Shown piece by piece: positions 39,229 to 52,462 of a DNA stretch of 64,000 nt; positions within the stretch are counted from its first letter, which is position 1, and the number at the start of each line of letters is the position of its first letter. The DNA comes from Octopus sinensis. Taxonomy: Eukaryota. The stretch is taken from positions 31,868,001 to 31,932,000 of the forward strand of contig NC_043010.1 in assembly GCF_006345805.1 (NCBI RefSeq). The letters are read 5' to 3'. The position numbers were made by a program, and so were the translations under genes. The notes under the pieces were generated by a model. The model was not told where the DNA came from. It searched no databases and worked only from the letters and a program-made list of their open reading frames with translations.

Positions 39229-39616
39229 GCAAAAATGAAAAGAAAATGGAGATTTACAATTGACACATTTTAATTTACTTGATAAGTACATGTCAATTTA
39301 TTACCATAGTACTATATTATTATTTTAATAATATAATGTAAATACAAATATTATAATCCTACATTTGTTTCAATTCAGATCCAATAATGAAAATTCATGT
39401 TTATGGGTAAGAATCTCATCAGGGAATTATGTAATTTTTGCCAAATATTTCCATGATGAGATAAACATGAATTTTTATAAATTTATTATTGGATCTGAAT
39501 TGAAACAATTGTAGGATAATATTTATATTTACATTTATATAATAATAATAATAATATAATATTGTGTTAAATTGAAATGTATCAATCGTAAATCCCCATT
39601 TTTCTTTTTCATTTGT
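39229..39616. mobile_element. Inverted pair of hammerhead-bearing PLE-type 3' ends
   Basis: ~180-bp diverged inverted arms, each with a hammerhead motif. Confidence 0.7.
39357..39425 (-). ncRNA. Type I hammerhead ribozyme
   Basis: Minus strand reads TCC-CTGATGA-GATTC...GAATT-GAAA-CAAATG-TA-GGA. The plus-strand partner at 39450-39516 has a C3>A change and a truncated stem II. Confidence 0.72.
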
Positions 39617-39759
39617 GTGTTTATATATATATATATACGTCAGGCGTGACTCTTGGCGCAGACGCGGCTGTGTGGTTAGGTGTCTTTGTAAACGGAAACT
39701 GAAAGCTTGTCATCACAGAAAAGTTTAAGACTGGCTGTCTATTGGAACTCTTGTATGCT

Positions 39760-40350
39760 GATGTCTTTGATGTTCTCAAATCTACGGAGAGGCAATTCCA
39801 AGAATGGAAACTGAACTTAGAATCAAGACAAACTTCGAGAAAATTAAGGTTCAGTAAGCTGGAAAGAAGAGATCCTATCTGTAGGGAAATTACCTTGCTT
39901 GATATGCAGAAAAGGTATAGCTATAAACTCTATACGTTGTACTCAGACTAAGTTATGGACACACAAGAGATGTAGTTGAATCACAGTAAAATTTCCGACA
40001 GTGTAAGTTTCGTGTTTGGTAGATGAATTAGAGCTGAACGTCCAAGGAGCACACCAGAAGTAGTTTCCAGTGTGCTCGGATGGCTTTCATTTTTAGGACA
40101 TATAAATAGCAAGGGAGGTGGTTGCTCTGAAAGTACGGCAGCCAGAGTAAGAAGGGGTCGGGGAAAAGCCAAGGAATTACTACTGTTGTGCCAACAGAGG
40201 TCTTTTCCCTCAGAGTGAAAGGCAGATTGCTTGTGTTAGAACTGCAATGCTGCATGGTTGTGACACACGAACCTTAAAAGCAAAAAGTCTGCTAAGACAG
40301 GAAAGAAATGCCGCTAACATACTCAAATGGATATGCAACGTAGGTGCACA
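39760..40350 (+). mobile_element. RTE LINE RT/C-terminal fragment
   Basis: ELLYADV, QFQEWKLNLES and MLHGCDT..L...ERN; a further 3' piece lies at ~41125-41360. Confidence 0.65.
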
Positions 40351-40619
40351 AGAAAAATCAGATGTACAAAGTTGTATTCTAAATATTTTGAGACTTTTTC
40401 AGGAGACATTTATAAAGTTCAAAGAAGTACAAATCTCAAAGGAGTAGGGTCCTCTGTTTTAAATACACTTGTTGTAGTGCCCCAGCCACTTAGCGAAGGC
40501 CCTATGGTAGTCCTCCAAAGTGAAGGTGTCTAGGATACTGGTCACAGCCTCCATCATCTTCAGACCGACTGTCCCCTTCAGCTTAGAGAGCAGTCAAAAG
40601 TTATAAGGTGCTAGGTCTG

Positions 40620-41070
40620 GACTATAGAGAGGATGAGAGACAATTTTGATGTATATCTCTGTCAAGAATTTGATTACCAGGATACTCGTCATTGAGCACC
40701 GTGGGGACAAACCTTGCACAAATTTTGTGCATGTTCAAATCTTCATGAATAATTTTGCTTTCAGTTTCCAGACCAACTCCAAACAGTATGCTTATTGTCT
40801 TTATAGAGACAGGAAAGTCTTCATGCAGGAAAATTGTGACTTTTATCAACCAGCTCTGTGTTCTGGTATCTCTCTACCTCCCACACCTTTCATCGTCTCT
40901 TTACCAATGTCCTTGAACCGTTATGCCAGTGTAAAATTTAATTCCTAAGCAATGCTGGAGCATTTCGTAAGTTTCTATAGCGTTGTTGTCCAAATTAACA
41001 CAAAACTTTAGTGCAAGCTTCCAGATTGTCTCCACGTTCAGACTGCATTCTGCAAACTAGTCAGCAGTGG
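40620..41070 (-). mobile_element. Mariner fragment
   Basis: IIHEDLNMHKICARFVP (mariner WVP-equivalent region). Confidence 0.65.
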
Positions 41071-41985
41071 CAAGCACTTAAATAAAGTTTCTCCTAAAAA
41101 AGTCTCAAAACTTCTTTTATGCAGTGTGCATGAAAGACGACTGCTGGTATGGATATGTGATGCGTATGGATGAGGATACATGAATAAAGAAATGCAAAGC
41201 AGTTAATGTGGATGGAGTTTGTGGAAAAGGTTAACATAGGAAGACATTGGACGCAGTAGTGAAGGATGGTCTCAGGACCTTTGATCTTCACTAAAGACAT
41301 GGCAAAGAACTGGGATGGCTGGCAATATGTAGTGCCGAAAAAACTCGCCCACCTCGGCGAAACTGACATTTTGGAAGCACAGTGTCTATATATAAACAAC
41401 TGGACACTTGCCCAATTTCCTTTAACTGACCTCTCAATCATCTACCTAACTGCAATATTCTGCTACTGTAATTAAACGGGAGTAGAGCTGTGTATTTTAT
41501 TATTTTTTTCTCTGATACTAGCTATCTTTCTCATTACTTTCCTCATTTCTCATTACTATTGACATACAGCCTTCGTTATTTATATGGTCTCTAAGGCAAA
41601 GAACTGGCAGGACCGTTAGCAGACCGGATTAAATGCTTAGCAGCATTTCGTCCGTCTTTACATTCTGAGTTCATATTCCACCGAGGTCGACTCCCCTAAA
41701 TTACAGGCCTTGCACCTATAATAGAAAGGATTATTATCACTACACTACCCTGTTACTCTTCTATCTTTTCTACCGATCAACCCTTCACTCGTGCCCTCTG
41801 TTCACTACATCTACCCCTCAACCCTATTCTATCTCTACTCTTCGTTATCGTTTCTCTAATGTGTGTGTGTATATATATATATATATTAATTATCTCTAAT
41901 TTAAAATATATATTTATACTGTAAAATTAGATTTAATCCCAAAACTAATTTTTCCCTGTAAGTTTGGATTTACTCCTTAATATAT

Positions 41986-42037
<52 letters not shown>

Positions 42038-42287
42038 ATATATATTATATATATATATATATATACGTATATATATATAAATAGTTGCACCGTGGAAGGT
42101 GTTTATAAGCCATTTAAGAAACGCAGAAAACTGTTAGATTCACTTCAACGTTTAAATTTAATTTGCCAAAATATTTTCGTCGTTTTGAGACCGCGACCTG
42201 TTCTCTGACACCTTCCACAGTGCAACTGTTTTCGTTCCAGCACACGCTGAACCCTAATTATAATTATGCTTATAATTAATGAATTTT

Positions 42288-42590
42288 TGTATGTATGTAT
42301 GTATGTATGTATGTATGTATGTATGTATGTATGTATGTATGCATGTATGTTGTATGTATGTATGTATGTATGTATGTATGTATGTATGTATGTATGTATG
42401 TATGTATGTGTATGTGTGTGTGTATATGTATGTATGTATGCATGCATGCATGTATGTATGCATGTATGTATGCATGTATGTATGTATGCATGTATGTATG
42501 CATGTATGCATGTATGTATGCATGCATGTATGTATGCATGTATGTATGTATGCATGTATGTATGTAAGTATGTATGTATGTAAGTATGTA
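42288..42590. repeat. (TATG)n/(TGCA) compound microsatellite
   Basis: Direct reading. Confidence 0.95.
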
Positions 42591-42970
42591 TCATCGATCA
42601 TCCCTCAACCCTTGTTCTTCATTTATTATATTCACCATTATCAATTCCCTATCTCCAACCCTCCCTCACGTTACCCATACACTCTTGCGACGCCTACCCA
42701 CTGCACTTTCTATTTTTCTCTCCTCACCCACTTCTGTTCATCTTGTGCCTTCACGGTTGCCCCTGGCACACCAACCCCACTATTCAATCTCTCTTTCCAG
42801 TTTCATCCTATTCACTCCTATCCACTCTTTTGTTAAGTGGTTAGGGTTAGGGTTAGCTCCTCTACAGCAAGCAAACGCTTCTGTTCTGGACTCCTTCTCA
42901 ACTGTAGCACCATTTATTCGCAAGGGATCATAGTCTTTCAGGTTGCATGGCGACCTCATGAGTACAGGTG

Positions 42971-43005
<35 letters not shown>

Positions 43006-43151
43006 AAGAGCAATAAAGATTCAAGTTAATTTAAAAAATTTACTTGAATATGGTACCTAACTTAGATGCACCAAAAAAAACTATACTGATTTAACAATAC
43101 AGTAATGTGGGGTGATTATAAGCGAGAAAGAAGCAACAAGAATGGATAGGT

Positions 43152-43242
43152 TTTTAGTACGATCGTTTCATACAAGGACAGGTTTTATTAAAAGTTGCAA
43201 AGATTACAGCATATAAACGAGTCCCGTACTCATCAGCTAAAA
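43152..43242 (-). ncRNA. Type I hammerhead ribozyme in PLE 3' end (sense to ORF)
   Basis: Minus strand reads TTTTAG-CTGATGA-GTACGGGAC...GTCCTTGTAT-GAAA-CGATCG-TA-CTAAAA. Confidence 0.87.
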
Positions 43243-46200
43243 TACATGTAAGTTCTCTAGACATCCTAGTGTTTGAGGCTATACTCATGAAGTAATGTAG
43301 ATAATTAAACAGATTTCTAAAGTTCATTAAAGTTCCTTAAAGATGATGTATAGTCTTATCACAGAATTTTAAAAAAGTTTTGATAGCATCACAGAGAAGG
43401 TGACCTAATCCATATGAATTTCCATAGATATGATGAGGGATTATATACTCACAGAAGACAAATTTATCCATTGTTATTAGCATTACAGAGAGGGTGAATT
43501 AATCCTTTGTATATATGCACAGATTCCAATGGTGTAGATGTAAATTTCCAGAGAAATGGAGATGAATTTCATATTCACAGGCGATAAATTTTACAATGGT
43601 TGAACACAATGAGGTAGGTACCAATCCTTGTTATATGATTAGGTGTTTGCCATATAATCACACTACTGCTATTCACAGAGGCTGTAGCTATTTAACTCTT
43701 AAAGGTTGAAGGGCTTACTAGATCGGCCAAGAATAGAGAAGGGAATAGAAGAAAAGAGAGAAAATAATGGAGGAGGGAGCAAAAAAGGGGGGGAAAGGGG
43801 GACTAAAAGAGAAGAGAAAAGGAACAGAGAATAAGAAGAAGAAAAAGAAGAAAGAGAAAAGAGAAGAAATAGGGAAAGAAGGGAAAAAAGAGAAAAAGAA
43901 AAAAGAGGGTTCTAGTTATACAGAAGAGCTAGTAGACTGTAAGTCTGGTTTTAATCAACAGGCATCTAGGAACTGGAGGGGGAATATTATTCTTTGACCA
44001 GTAAACCGTTAATTTATTGCTGTTGAAATCAGCTATGAGTTTAAAGAGAATCTAAAGAGATAACACAGTCAGGGGTTAAGGGGTCAGATGCTAAAATCAC
44101 CAGAAAATACATTAGGAAAATCTACGTATAATCTTATCAAAAAGTCATTAAAAATTTACTTATTTAATTTATTCATTTTATTGTCTTAAGGAGTTGTCGT
44201 TATTATTCATACATTGACCGACTACAGGTCAAATCTTATAAGATCATTTACAAGGTGTTAGGGGATTGTCTATCCTAATGAAGATAATCATATTATCACC
44301 GAGGGAATAGCCTTATTTATTTAATTATGAAATAGAATTATGGGGCTACAGTACTAATTATAATTTATTAGAGTTATGCTATTTAAATTAGATTAAGTTA
44401 GGAATTAAAATTAAATATTACAATTAAGATTTAAAATTAAGAATTTAAAAAATTGCGAGTTTGAAATTAAATAAAGCCTCAATTAAGTAGCGAATAAGTA
44501 CTATTCATTTCCCTGTTCTCAAAAAACTGATGTAGATATAAGGAAAAAGATAAAGATAACTGTAATGTGAGAACTCTTAGTTATCTACTTAAAGCAGTGC
44601 TATACTAGTAGAAATCAAGTTATATCTATCTATCTAGTTGTGAATATTCCAATCATTTAAAATATTTTAAAGTCTTCAATTTAGCGTGGACACAAACTTG
44701 ACCTAGTTCGATATGGTTATTCAATAAGTTTCTATGTTTACTATGCTTTAGAATTTCGTACGTCTCCATGGAGCATAGTTGACAACCAACCCTACTATTT
44801 TTATACGGAATTGCTCTCCTAACTATTTCCCAATTAAGGTATAATTTTGTTATTATTTTTGAGTTCCCAGATTTTGTTTGAAAGTGTGGTGGTACCAGCT
44901 TTATGACGTAATTTAAAAGTCGAGATGTGATTTCTAACTCTGGCTAAAAAATTAATTGTACAGCCAATGTAAAAATATTTGTTATTCTCCGTGGATATGG
45001 TACATTTATAGATTACATTATTTTCCCTACATAGACCAGGTGCCGGGCATTTTGATTTTATTCTACACTTACACACAGGAGGAACAACTTCAGGCCTTGG
45101 ATTATTCCTGGGTAGATGTTTAAGGTTCCTATTATTTTGATTATCATTTCTATAGTTGGTACTGATATCTAAAGTATTGTTATTATTTATTGATCCTTCC
45201 GTTTCATCATTTAGGTGTAAAGTCCTACCAAGATTTCTTATATTATTCGTAATGTTATTATTGTTAGTCTTTTTATCCAACTGTATATTATTGTTATAGA
45301 TATCACTGATATTTTCATTCTCCTTATTTTCTCCATTAGCCTTATTTCTATATTCTATTATTAACAATATTACTTCTATTAATATCGGCATTGTTATTAT
45401 TACTATTAATGTTAATGTTATTAGTCATTCTGTGGTTACTAATTTCACCTATGTTTTGATAGTTCCTATTGCTGTTTTTATTGTTGGTAGTATTATTGTT
45501 ATTGCTATTGTATTCATTCTGATATTATTATTTTTATTTTCTATCTTTCCTGGCTAGTTTAATGTTGTTATTATTAATTTTAGCTATTAAGTGGACATAT
45601 TTGGGAGGGTTGAATAAGAAATCCTAACTGTTTTCCTAGAAATAATTCTATGATATCTATGAGAGATAGGGAATTTTTTTCCAGAATTACTTTGAATTTG
45701 TTCTGTATATCCGATTGTATCGCACAGTTGAAAGGAATATTCAGCCATAATATATCTTTTTTATAAAATTTAGGGTTCGTAGAATTACTACTATTCATCT
45801 CACCGGAGTTATTGTATTTATTACCATTATTTTTATTTTTATTTGTGTGCATCTTAGGTTTATCTACTTCAATCTTATCCGAGTTACCTATGTTCTGGTC
45901 AATGCTTCTATTTGAATTGTTGGGCCTGTACTCTAGATTAGTATTTACCGTTAATTTAATTCTACTTTTATTTCGGGTTTGGTCTTTTTTGCTGCTTACT
46001 TGATTACTGATAACTTCATTATTAGGAATACGTGAGTTCTCCCTATCAACGAATGTAATCTTTTGGTTGTATCCAGCCTTAGTTAACGCCGCATTATAAT
46101 CTCAGAATGGGAGTTAAATATATCCTTATTGGATGATAATTTTGAAATTCTTAATGATATTTCTTACTAAAGATTCTATTATATTTGGGGGATGATTTGA

Positions 46201-46951
46201 TAATTTATTTACGTAATTCGTGATTTCGCCTCCTTTCTAAATGGGTAATGTAGCTTGGATTAAGGGTCTAGGGTAATATCTAGGAAATTAGCTATTTTAG
46301 TGCCCGGTTCATACGTTATACTGAGGTTGAAATCCTTAAAGAAATTATTAATTTTCTTTCTAATCCTTTCTATAACAGATTTATTATTACTAGGGATAAC
46401 AAACAGAGCATCATCTCTATATACCCCCCCTCCTCCATTATTTTCTCTCTTTTCTTCTATTCCCTTCTCTATTCTTGGCCGATCTAGTAAGCCCTTCAAC
46501 TTTAGAGTTAAATAGCTACAGCCTCTTGTGAATAGCAGTAGTGTGATTAATGGCAAACACCTAATCATATAACAAGATTGGTACCTACCTCATTGTGTTC
46601 AACCATTGTAAAATTTATCGCCTGTGAATATGAATTCATCTCCATTTCTCTGGAAATTTACATCTACACCATTGGAATCTGTGCATATATACAAAGGATT
46701 AATTCACCCTCTCTGTAATGCTAATACAATGGATAAATTGTCTTCTGTGAGTATATAATCCCTCATCATATCTATGGAAATTCATATGGATTAGGTCACC
46801 TTCTCTGTGATGCTATCAAAACTTTTTTAAAATTCTGTGAAAGACTATACATCATCTTTAAGGAACTTTAATGAACTTTAGATCTGTTAATTATCTACAT
46901 TACTTCATGAGTATAGCCTCAAACACTAGGATGTCTAGAGACTTACATGTA

Positions 46952-47041
46952 TTTTAGCTGATGAGTACGGGACTCGTTTTATGCTGTAATCTTTGCAACT
47001 TTTAATAAAACCTGTCCTTGTATGAAACGATCGTACTAAAA
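46952..47041 (+). ncRNA. Type I hammerhead ribozyme in the inverted PLE arm
   Basis: Same motif as 43152-43242, on the plus strand. Confidence 0.87.
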
Positions 47042-47074
47042 CCTATCCATTCTTGTTGCTTCTTTCTCGCTTAT

Positions 47075-47124
<50 letters not shown>

Positions 47125-47133
47125 TATATATAT

Positions 47134-47525
47134 TCTCTTATACTCTTTTTTCTTGTTTCAGTCATTTGACTGCGGCCATGCTGGAGCACCGCCTTTAATC
47201 GAGCAACTCGATCTCGGGACTTATTCTTTTGTAAGCCCAGTACTTATTCTATCGGTCTCTTTTGCCGAACCGCTAAGTAACGGGGACATAAACACACCAG
47301 CATCGGTTGTCAAGCAATGCTAGGGGGACAAACACAGACACACACACACTCATATATATATACATATATACGACAGGCTTCTTTCAGTTTCCGTCTACCA
47401 AATCCACTCACAAGGCTTTGGTCGGCCCGAGGCTATAGTAGAAGACACTTGCCCAAGGTGCCACGCAGTGAGACTGAACCCGGAACCATGTGGCTGGTAA
47501 ACAAGCTACTTACCACACAGCCACT
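47134..47525 (-). mobile_element. tRNA-derived octopus SINE, full length
   Basis: Same family as 16834-17243. Confidence 0.9.
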
Positions 47526-47819
47526 AGACTCTGTAAAAGGATTAGCATTAGGAAGGGCATCCAGCCGTAAAGTCCGTGCCAAAATGGACATTAGAGTACG
47601 ATGCAGTCCTTGGATCAGTGGATTTGTCCATTCCGTGCAGGCATGGCAGATTGACGTTAAAAGACACTGATGATACATACATACATACACATACATACAT
47701 ACATACATACATACATACATACATACATACATACATACAAAGATACACACACACATATAAATATATAAATGTGTGTGTATATATACATACATACATACAA
47801 ATATATAATATATATATAT

Positions 47820-47867
<48 letters not shown>

Positions 47868-48843
47868 TATAAACATACGTATGCGAGTAAATTATGTGTA
47901 TGTATATTTAAATAAACACACGTGTACGCACACACATGAAAAGCAATGTGTGTGTAAATGCTGCTGGTCGTCGAAATAATCCTGGTTAATCGAAGTTTTC
48001 CAGCTCCACATGTGTGATATTACCGTATGTGTATTTAGTATGGAGAAGACTCTACTGTCATACCTGTACATAATATATGGCATACATACATATACCGCAT
48101 ATGAACACAAATACACAATTACATATGTAAACAAATACACTGCCTCACTGAATCATATACTTATAGAAGAGTCTACACACATATATTTACAAGTTATGTG
48201 TGTGTGTGTGTGCTTACATTCCCGTGTGTGTGTGTGTATATATAGATATAAATATGCATTTATACATACACACATTTGTTTGCGTAAACATAATATTCGG
48301 ATATATTTAAATACACCAACATGCACGTACAAACACAGGTAAACATACAATAATTATATAAGTACGTATGTTTACGCATACATACACACATATGTATATA
48401 TAATCCAAGGCAAATATATACCCATATAATACATGCATATCTACAAGTACTTATGTTTACCAATGTATTCATGCTCGCATGCACATTCTTGCATATTCTT
48501 TAGGTATGTTTACACACAGAAAAATCCAAACATACACACGCTCGCATGCACATTTCATTACATCCTACATTCATGCAGCACACATACAAATACAAAAAAA
48601 TGCATATATATGCAGTTTATCTATGTTTATATATACGCACAGACACTTGGACGTACAGAGATTCAATCTCACACACGCGCGCGATGTGAATACGCTTACA
48701 CAATCGAAGATTGGGATAAACACATTCTCCTATTCCGCTTCTTCTCTTTCTCTCTCTCCCACACATACACAGAAACAGTATATGTTTAGACAAACAGAAG
48801 CGTATATGCAGTGATACACAATTAAACATATACCTAAACATAC

Positions 48844-48934
<91 letters not shown>

Positions 48935-48986
48935 AATAAATGTGTGTGTGTACATGTGCGTTCACACACACATATAAATATATAAA

Positions 48987-49020
<34 letters not shown>

Positions 49021-49393
49021 CACACACATACATACAAATATATAAATGTGTGTGTGTATATATATATATATTATATATATATATATATAATATATATATA
49101 TATACATACATACACATGTATAAGTGCATACTTATTTGTGTGTGCATGTGTGTGTTTGTGTGTATTAAACACATACACTCCCACAAGTCTAGGAGCAAGA
49201 AAGAGTAATAGTGAAACTAATATAACGAAAGGGAGAGTAAAATGGAACGCACGCATGAGAGAGAGAGAGTAGAGAGAGAGAGAGAGAGAAAGAGAGAAGA
49301 GAGAGAGAGAGAAAGAAAGAGAGAGAGAGAGAGAGAGCAAGGAGTGATAGTGAGTTTGAGAGAGCTAGCGAGGGAGTGAGAAGGCACAGCAAC

Positions 49394-50304
49394 ATGGCGT
49401 GTTATCAAGGTAACGCGAGATGCGCTCTGGCGCTTGTCGTGCCATTTTACTTGGTGACAGTGTTGGTTAGCGGTAAAATTTTCACTAGTTCTTCTCGGGA
49501 AAACAACTTAGTAGTACTTGATGCCACTTTGGGATCGTTGCACAAGCAATTCGGACAGCTAGCAGCTCGTTTCCGAAGGGAATTTTCATCGTCTGATGCT
49601 GCTGCGGCCGCCGATGTTGACGTTGCCGCCGCTGCCGCCGCCGCCGCAGCCGCCGCACACAGCCGAACGTGGTTTTCAGGACACGATGACAACGACGATG
49701 ATGATGATGAAGGTAATGACGACGACGACGATGGTGCTGCTGTTGCTGCAGGTGATGATGACAACAATGATGGTGATGATGCTGCTGCTGATGGCAGTAG
49801 CGACCACAGCAATAATAATAATAACAACGACAACAAACGACGGCAACAGCAACAACAACAACAACAACAACGTGAAAACCGCAATCATCGCAAACAACAT
49901 CATCACCATCATCAACAACACAACCATAACAAAAGCAACAACAACAACAACCATAATCAAAATAATTACCATCACAACAGTAATAACGATGACAACGACA
50001 CAACAGGTGTTCGACCCACAGCTACATCTTCGGACGACGACCGTCATCACCACCATCACCACCATAACGGCAACAACGAAAACAGCAGCGCCAACAATAA
50101 CAACAACAACAACAACAACAAACCCATCGAGAACGAAGAGAGGGATGCTGGCAGAGGCCCTTGGGAGGAAAGTGTATATTTAGGAAAGGGCAAAAGTACA
50201 GGTGATGATAGCGTCAGCCCTGTTCCTCCCCCTCCATCATCGTCGTCGTCATCATCATCAACATCGACATCATCATCATCCTCATCATCGTCACCATCAT
50301 TATC

Positions 50305-50338
<34 letters not shown>

Positions 50339-50446
50339 AAGACAGAAAGTAAAAGGGAAGGTCAGAGTCTGTTGACAAGTTATGTCAATCTCCCTGATTG
50401 GAATCATAATGAAGCTATCGTTCACTGGTCCGGCAACAAAAGCAAT
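49394..50446 (+). CDS. SORCS: Exon 1 of a VPS10-domain receptor, SorCS-like
   Basis: Strong Kozak gcaacATGg, a signal-peptide-like N-terminus and a furin-type RFRR site. It ends in TSYVNLPDWNHNEAIVHWSGNKSN, matching SorCS HNQAMVHWSGHNSS and SORL1 HNQMVVHWAGEKSN. A phase-0 GTAAGT donor follows at 50447 (1053 nt = 351 codons). Confidence 0.8.
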
Positions 50447-51064
50447 GTAAGTTATATTTAACTGTTTTTAACTTCAATATCAACGTCCTTATTTTTATGT
50501 AACTCCCATATCTGCGAGTTTGTGTGAGTGTGTGTGTATGTGTGTGTGTATGAGTGTGTGTGTGTTAATACTGTTTCTTTTTCCTTTCTTTCTTTCTTCT
50601 CTCTCTCTCCCTCTCCGTGTGCAAACATATATATCGCTGTGTGTGTGTGTGTGTTCCACACACATTCCAATAACATATACACACTGCCACGTGCACGAAC
50701 ATATAGAGGTGTGTGTAAGTTTGTGTCTATACATTCATTTTCTATCATATATATATAATATATATATATATATACATACATACACATGTATAAGTGCATA
50801 CTTATTTGTGTGTGCATGTGTGTGTTTGTGTGTATTAAACACATACACTCCCACAAGTCTAGGAGCAAGAAAGAGTAATAGTGAAACTAATATAACGAAA
50901 GGGAGAGTAAAATGGAACGCACGCATGAGAGAGAGAGAGAGTAGAGAGAGAGAGAGAGAGAGAAGAGAGAGAAGAGAGAGAGAGAGAAAGAAAGAGAGAG
51001 AGAGAGAGCAAGGAGTGATAGTGAGTTTGAGAGAGCTAGCGAGGGAGTGAGAAGGCACAGCAAC

Positions 51065-51981
51065 ATGGCGTGTTATCAAGGTAACGCGAGATGCGCTCTG
51101 GCGCTTGTCGTGCCATTTTACTTGGTGACAGTGTTGGTTAGCGGTAAAATTTTCACTAGTTCTTCTCGGGAAAACAACTTAGTAGTACTTGATGCCACTT
51201 TGGGATCGTTGCACAAGCAATTCGGACAGCTAGCAGCTCGTTTCCGAAGGGAATTTTCATCGTCTGATGCTGCTGCGGCCGCCGATGTTGACGTTGCCGC
51301 CGCTGCCGCCGCCGCCGCAGCCGCCGCACACAGCCGAACGTGGTTTTCAGGACACGATGACAACGACGATGATGATGATGAAGGTAATGACGACGACGAC
51401 GATGGTGCTGCTGTTGCTGCAGGTGATGATGACAACAATGATGGTGATGATGCTGCTGCTGATGGCAGTAGCGACCACAGCAATAATAATAATAACAACG
51501 ACAACAAACGACGGCAACAGCAACAACAACAACAACAACAACAACAACGTGAAAACCGCAATCATCGCAAACAACATCATCACCATCATCAACAACACAA
51601 CCATAACAAAAGCAACAACAACAACAACAACCATAATCAAAATAATTACCATCACAACAGTAATAACGATGACAACGACACAACAGGTGTTCGACCCACA
51701 GCTACATCTTCGGACGACGACCGTCATCACCACCATCACCACCATAACGGCAACAACGAAAACAGCAGCGCCAACAATAACAACAACAACAACAACAAAC
51801 CCATCGAGAACGAAGAGAGGGATGCTGGCAGAGGCCCTTGGGAGGAAAGTGTATATTTAGGAAAGGGCAAAAGTACAGGTGATGATAGCGTCAGCCCTGT
51901 TCCTCCCCCTCCATCATCGTCGTCGTCATCATCATCAACATCGACATCATCATCATCCTCATCATCGTCACCATCATTATC

Positions 51982-52015
<34 letters not shown>

Positions 52016-52122
52016 AAGACAGAAAGTAAAAGGGAAGGTCAGAGTCTGTTGACAAGTTATGTCATCTCCCTGATTGGAATCATAATGAAGCTATCGTTCA
52101 CTGGTCCGGCAACAAAAGCAAT
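51065..52122 (+). pseudogene. Second copy of SorCS-like exon 1 with a 1-nt deletion
   Basis: tatgtcatctcc (52064) vs tatgtcaatctcc. The 1058 nt to the donor is out of frame and loses the HNEAIVHWSG motif; this may be an assembly error. Confidence 0.6.
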
Positions 52123-52403
52123 GTAAGTTATATTTAACTGTTTTTAACTTCAATATCAACGTCCTTATTTTTATGTAACTCCCATATCTGCGAGTTTGTG
52201 TGAGTGTGTGTGTATGTGTGTGTGTTAATACTGTTTCTTTTTCCTTTCTTTCTTTCTTCTCTCTCTCTCCCTCTCCGTGTGCAAACATATATATCGCTGT
52301 GTGTGTGTGTGTGTTCCACACACATTCCAATAACATATACACACTGCCACGTGCACGAACATATAGAGGTGTGTGTAAGTTTGTGTCTATACATTCATTT
52401 TCT

Positions 52404-52462
<59 letters not shown>

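Larger units (their letters stand above)
43003..47075 (-). mobile_element. 5'-truncated Penelope-like element (RT-thumb-GIY-YIG) with inverted 3'-end copy
   Basis: VYRDDAL RT core, NFLDITL and SNHPP thumb, WLNIPF, CKCx5CPxPGLC, NVIYKC...YIG. 46428-47075 is the reverse complement of 43117-43777. (TA)n on both flanks. Confidence 0.9.
49062..52415 (+). repeat. Tandem duplication, ~1.67-kb unit x2, containing the SorCS-like exon 1
   Basis: ATG at 49394 and 51065 (offset 1671). Copies differ in microsatellite lengths and small indels. Confidence 0.95.

Noticed and set aside
49447-51860. Overlapping alternative-frame and antisense ORFs (poly-C, V, T, M)
   Set aside because: By-products of the trinucleotide repeats in the SorCS-like exon.
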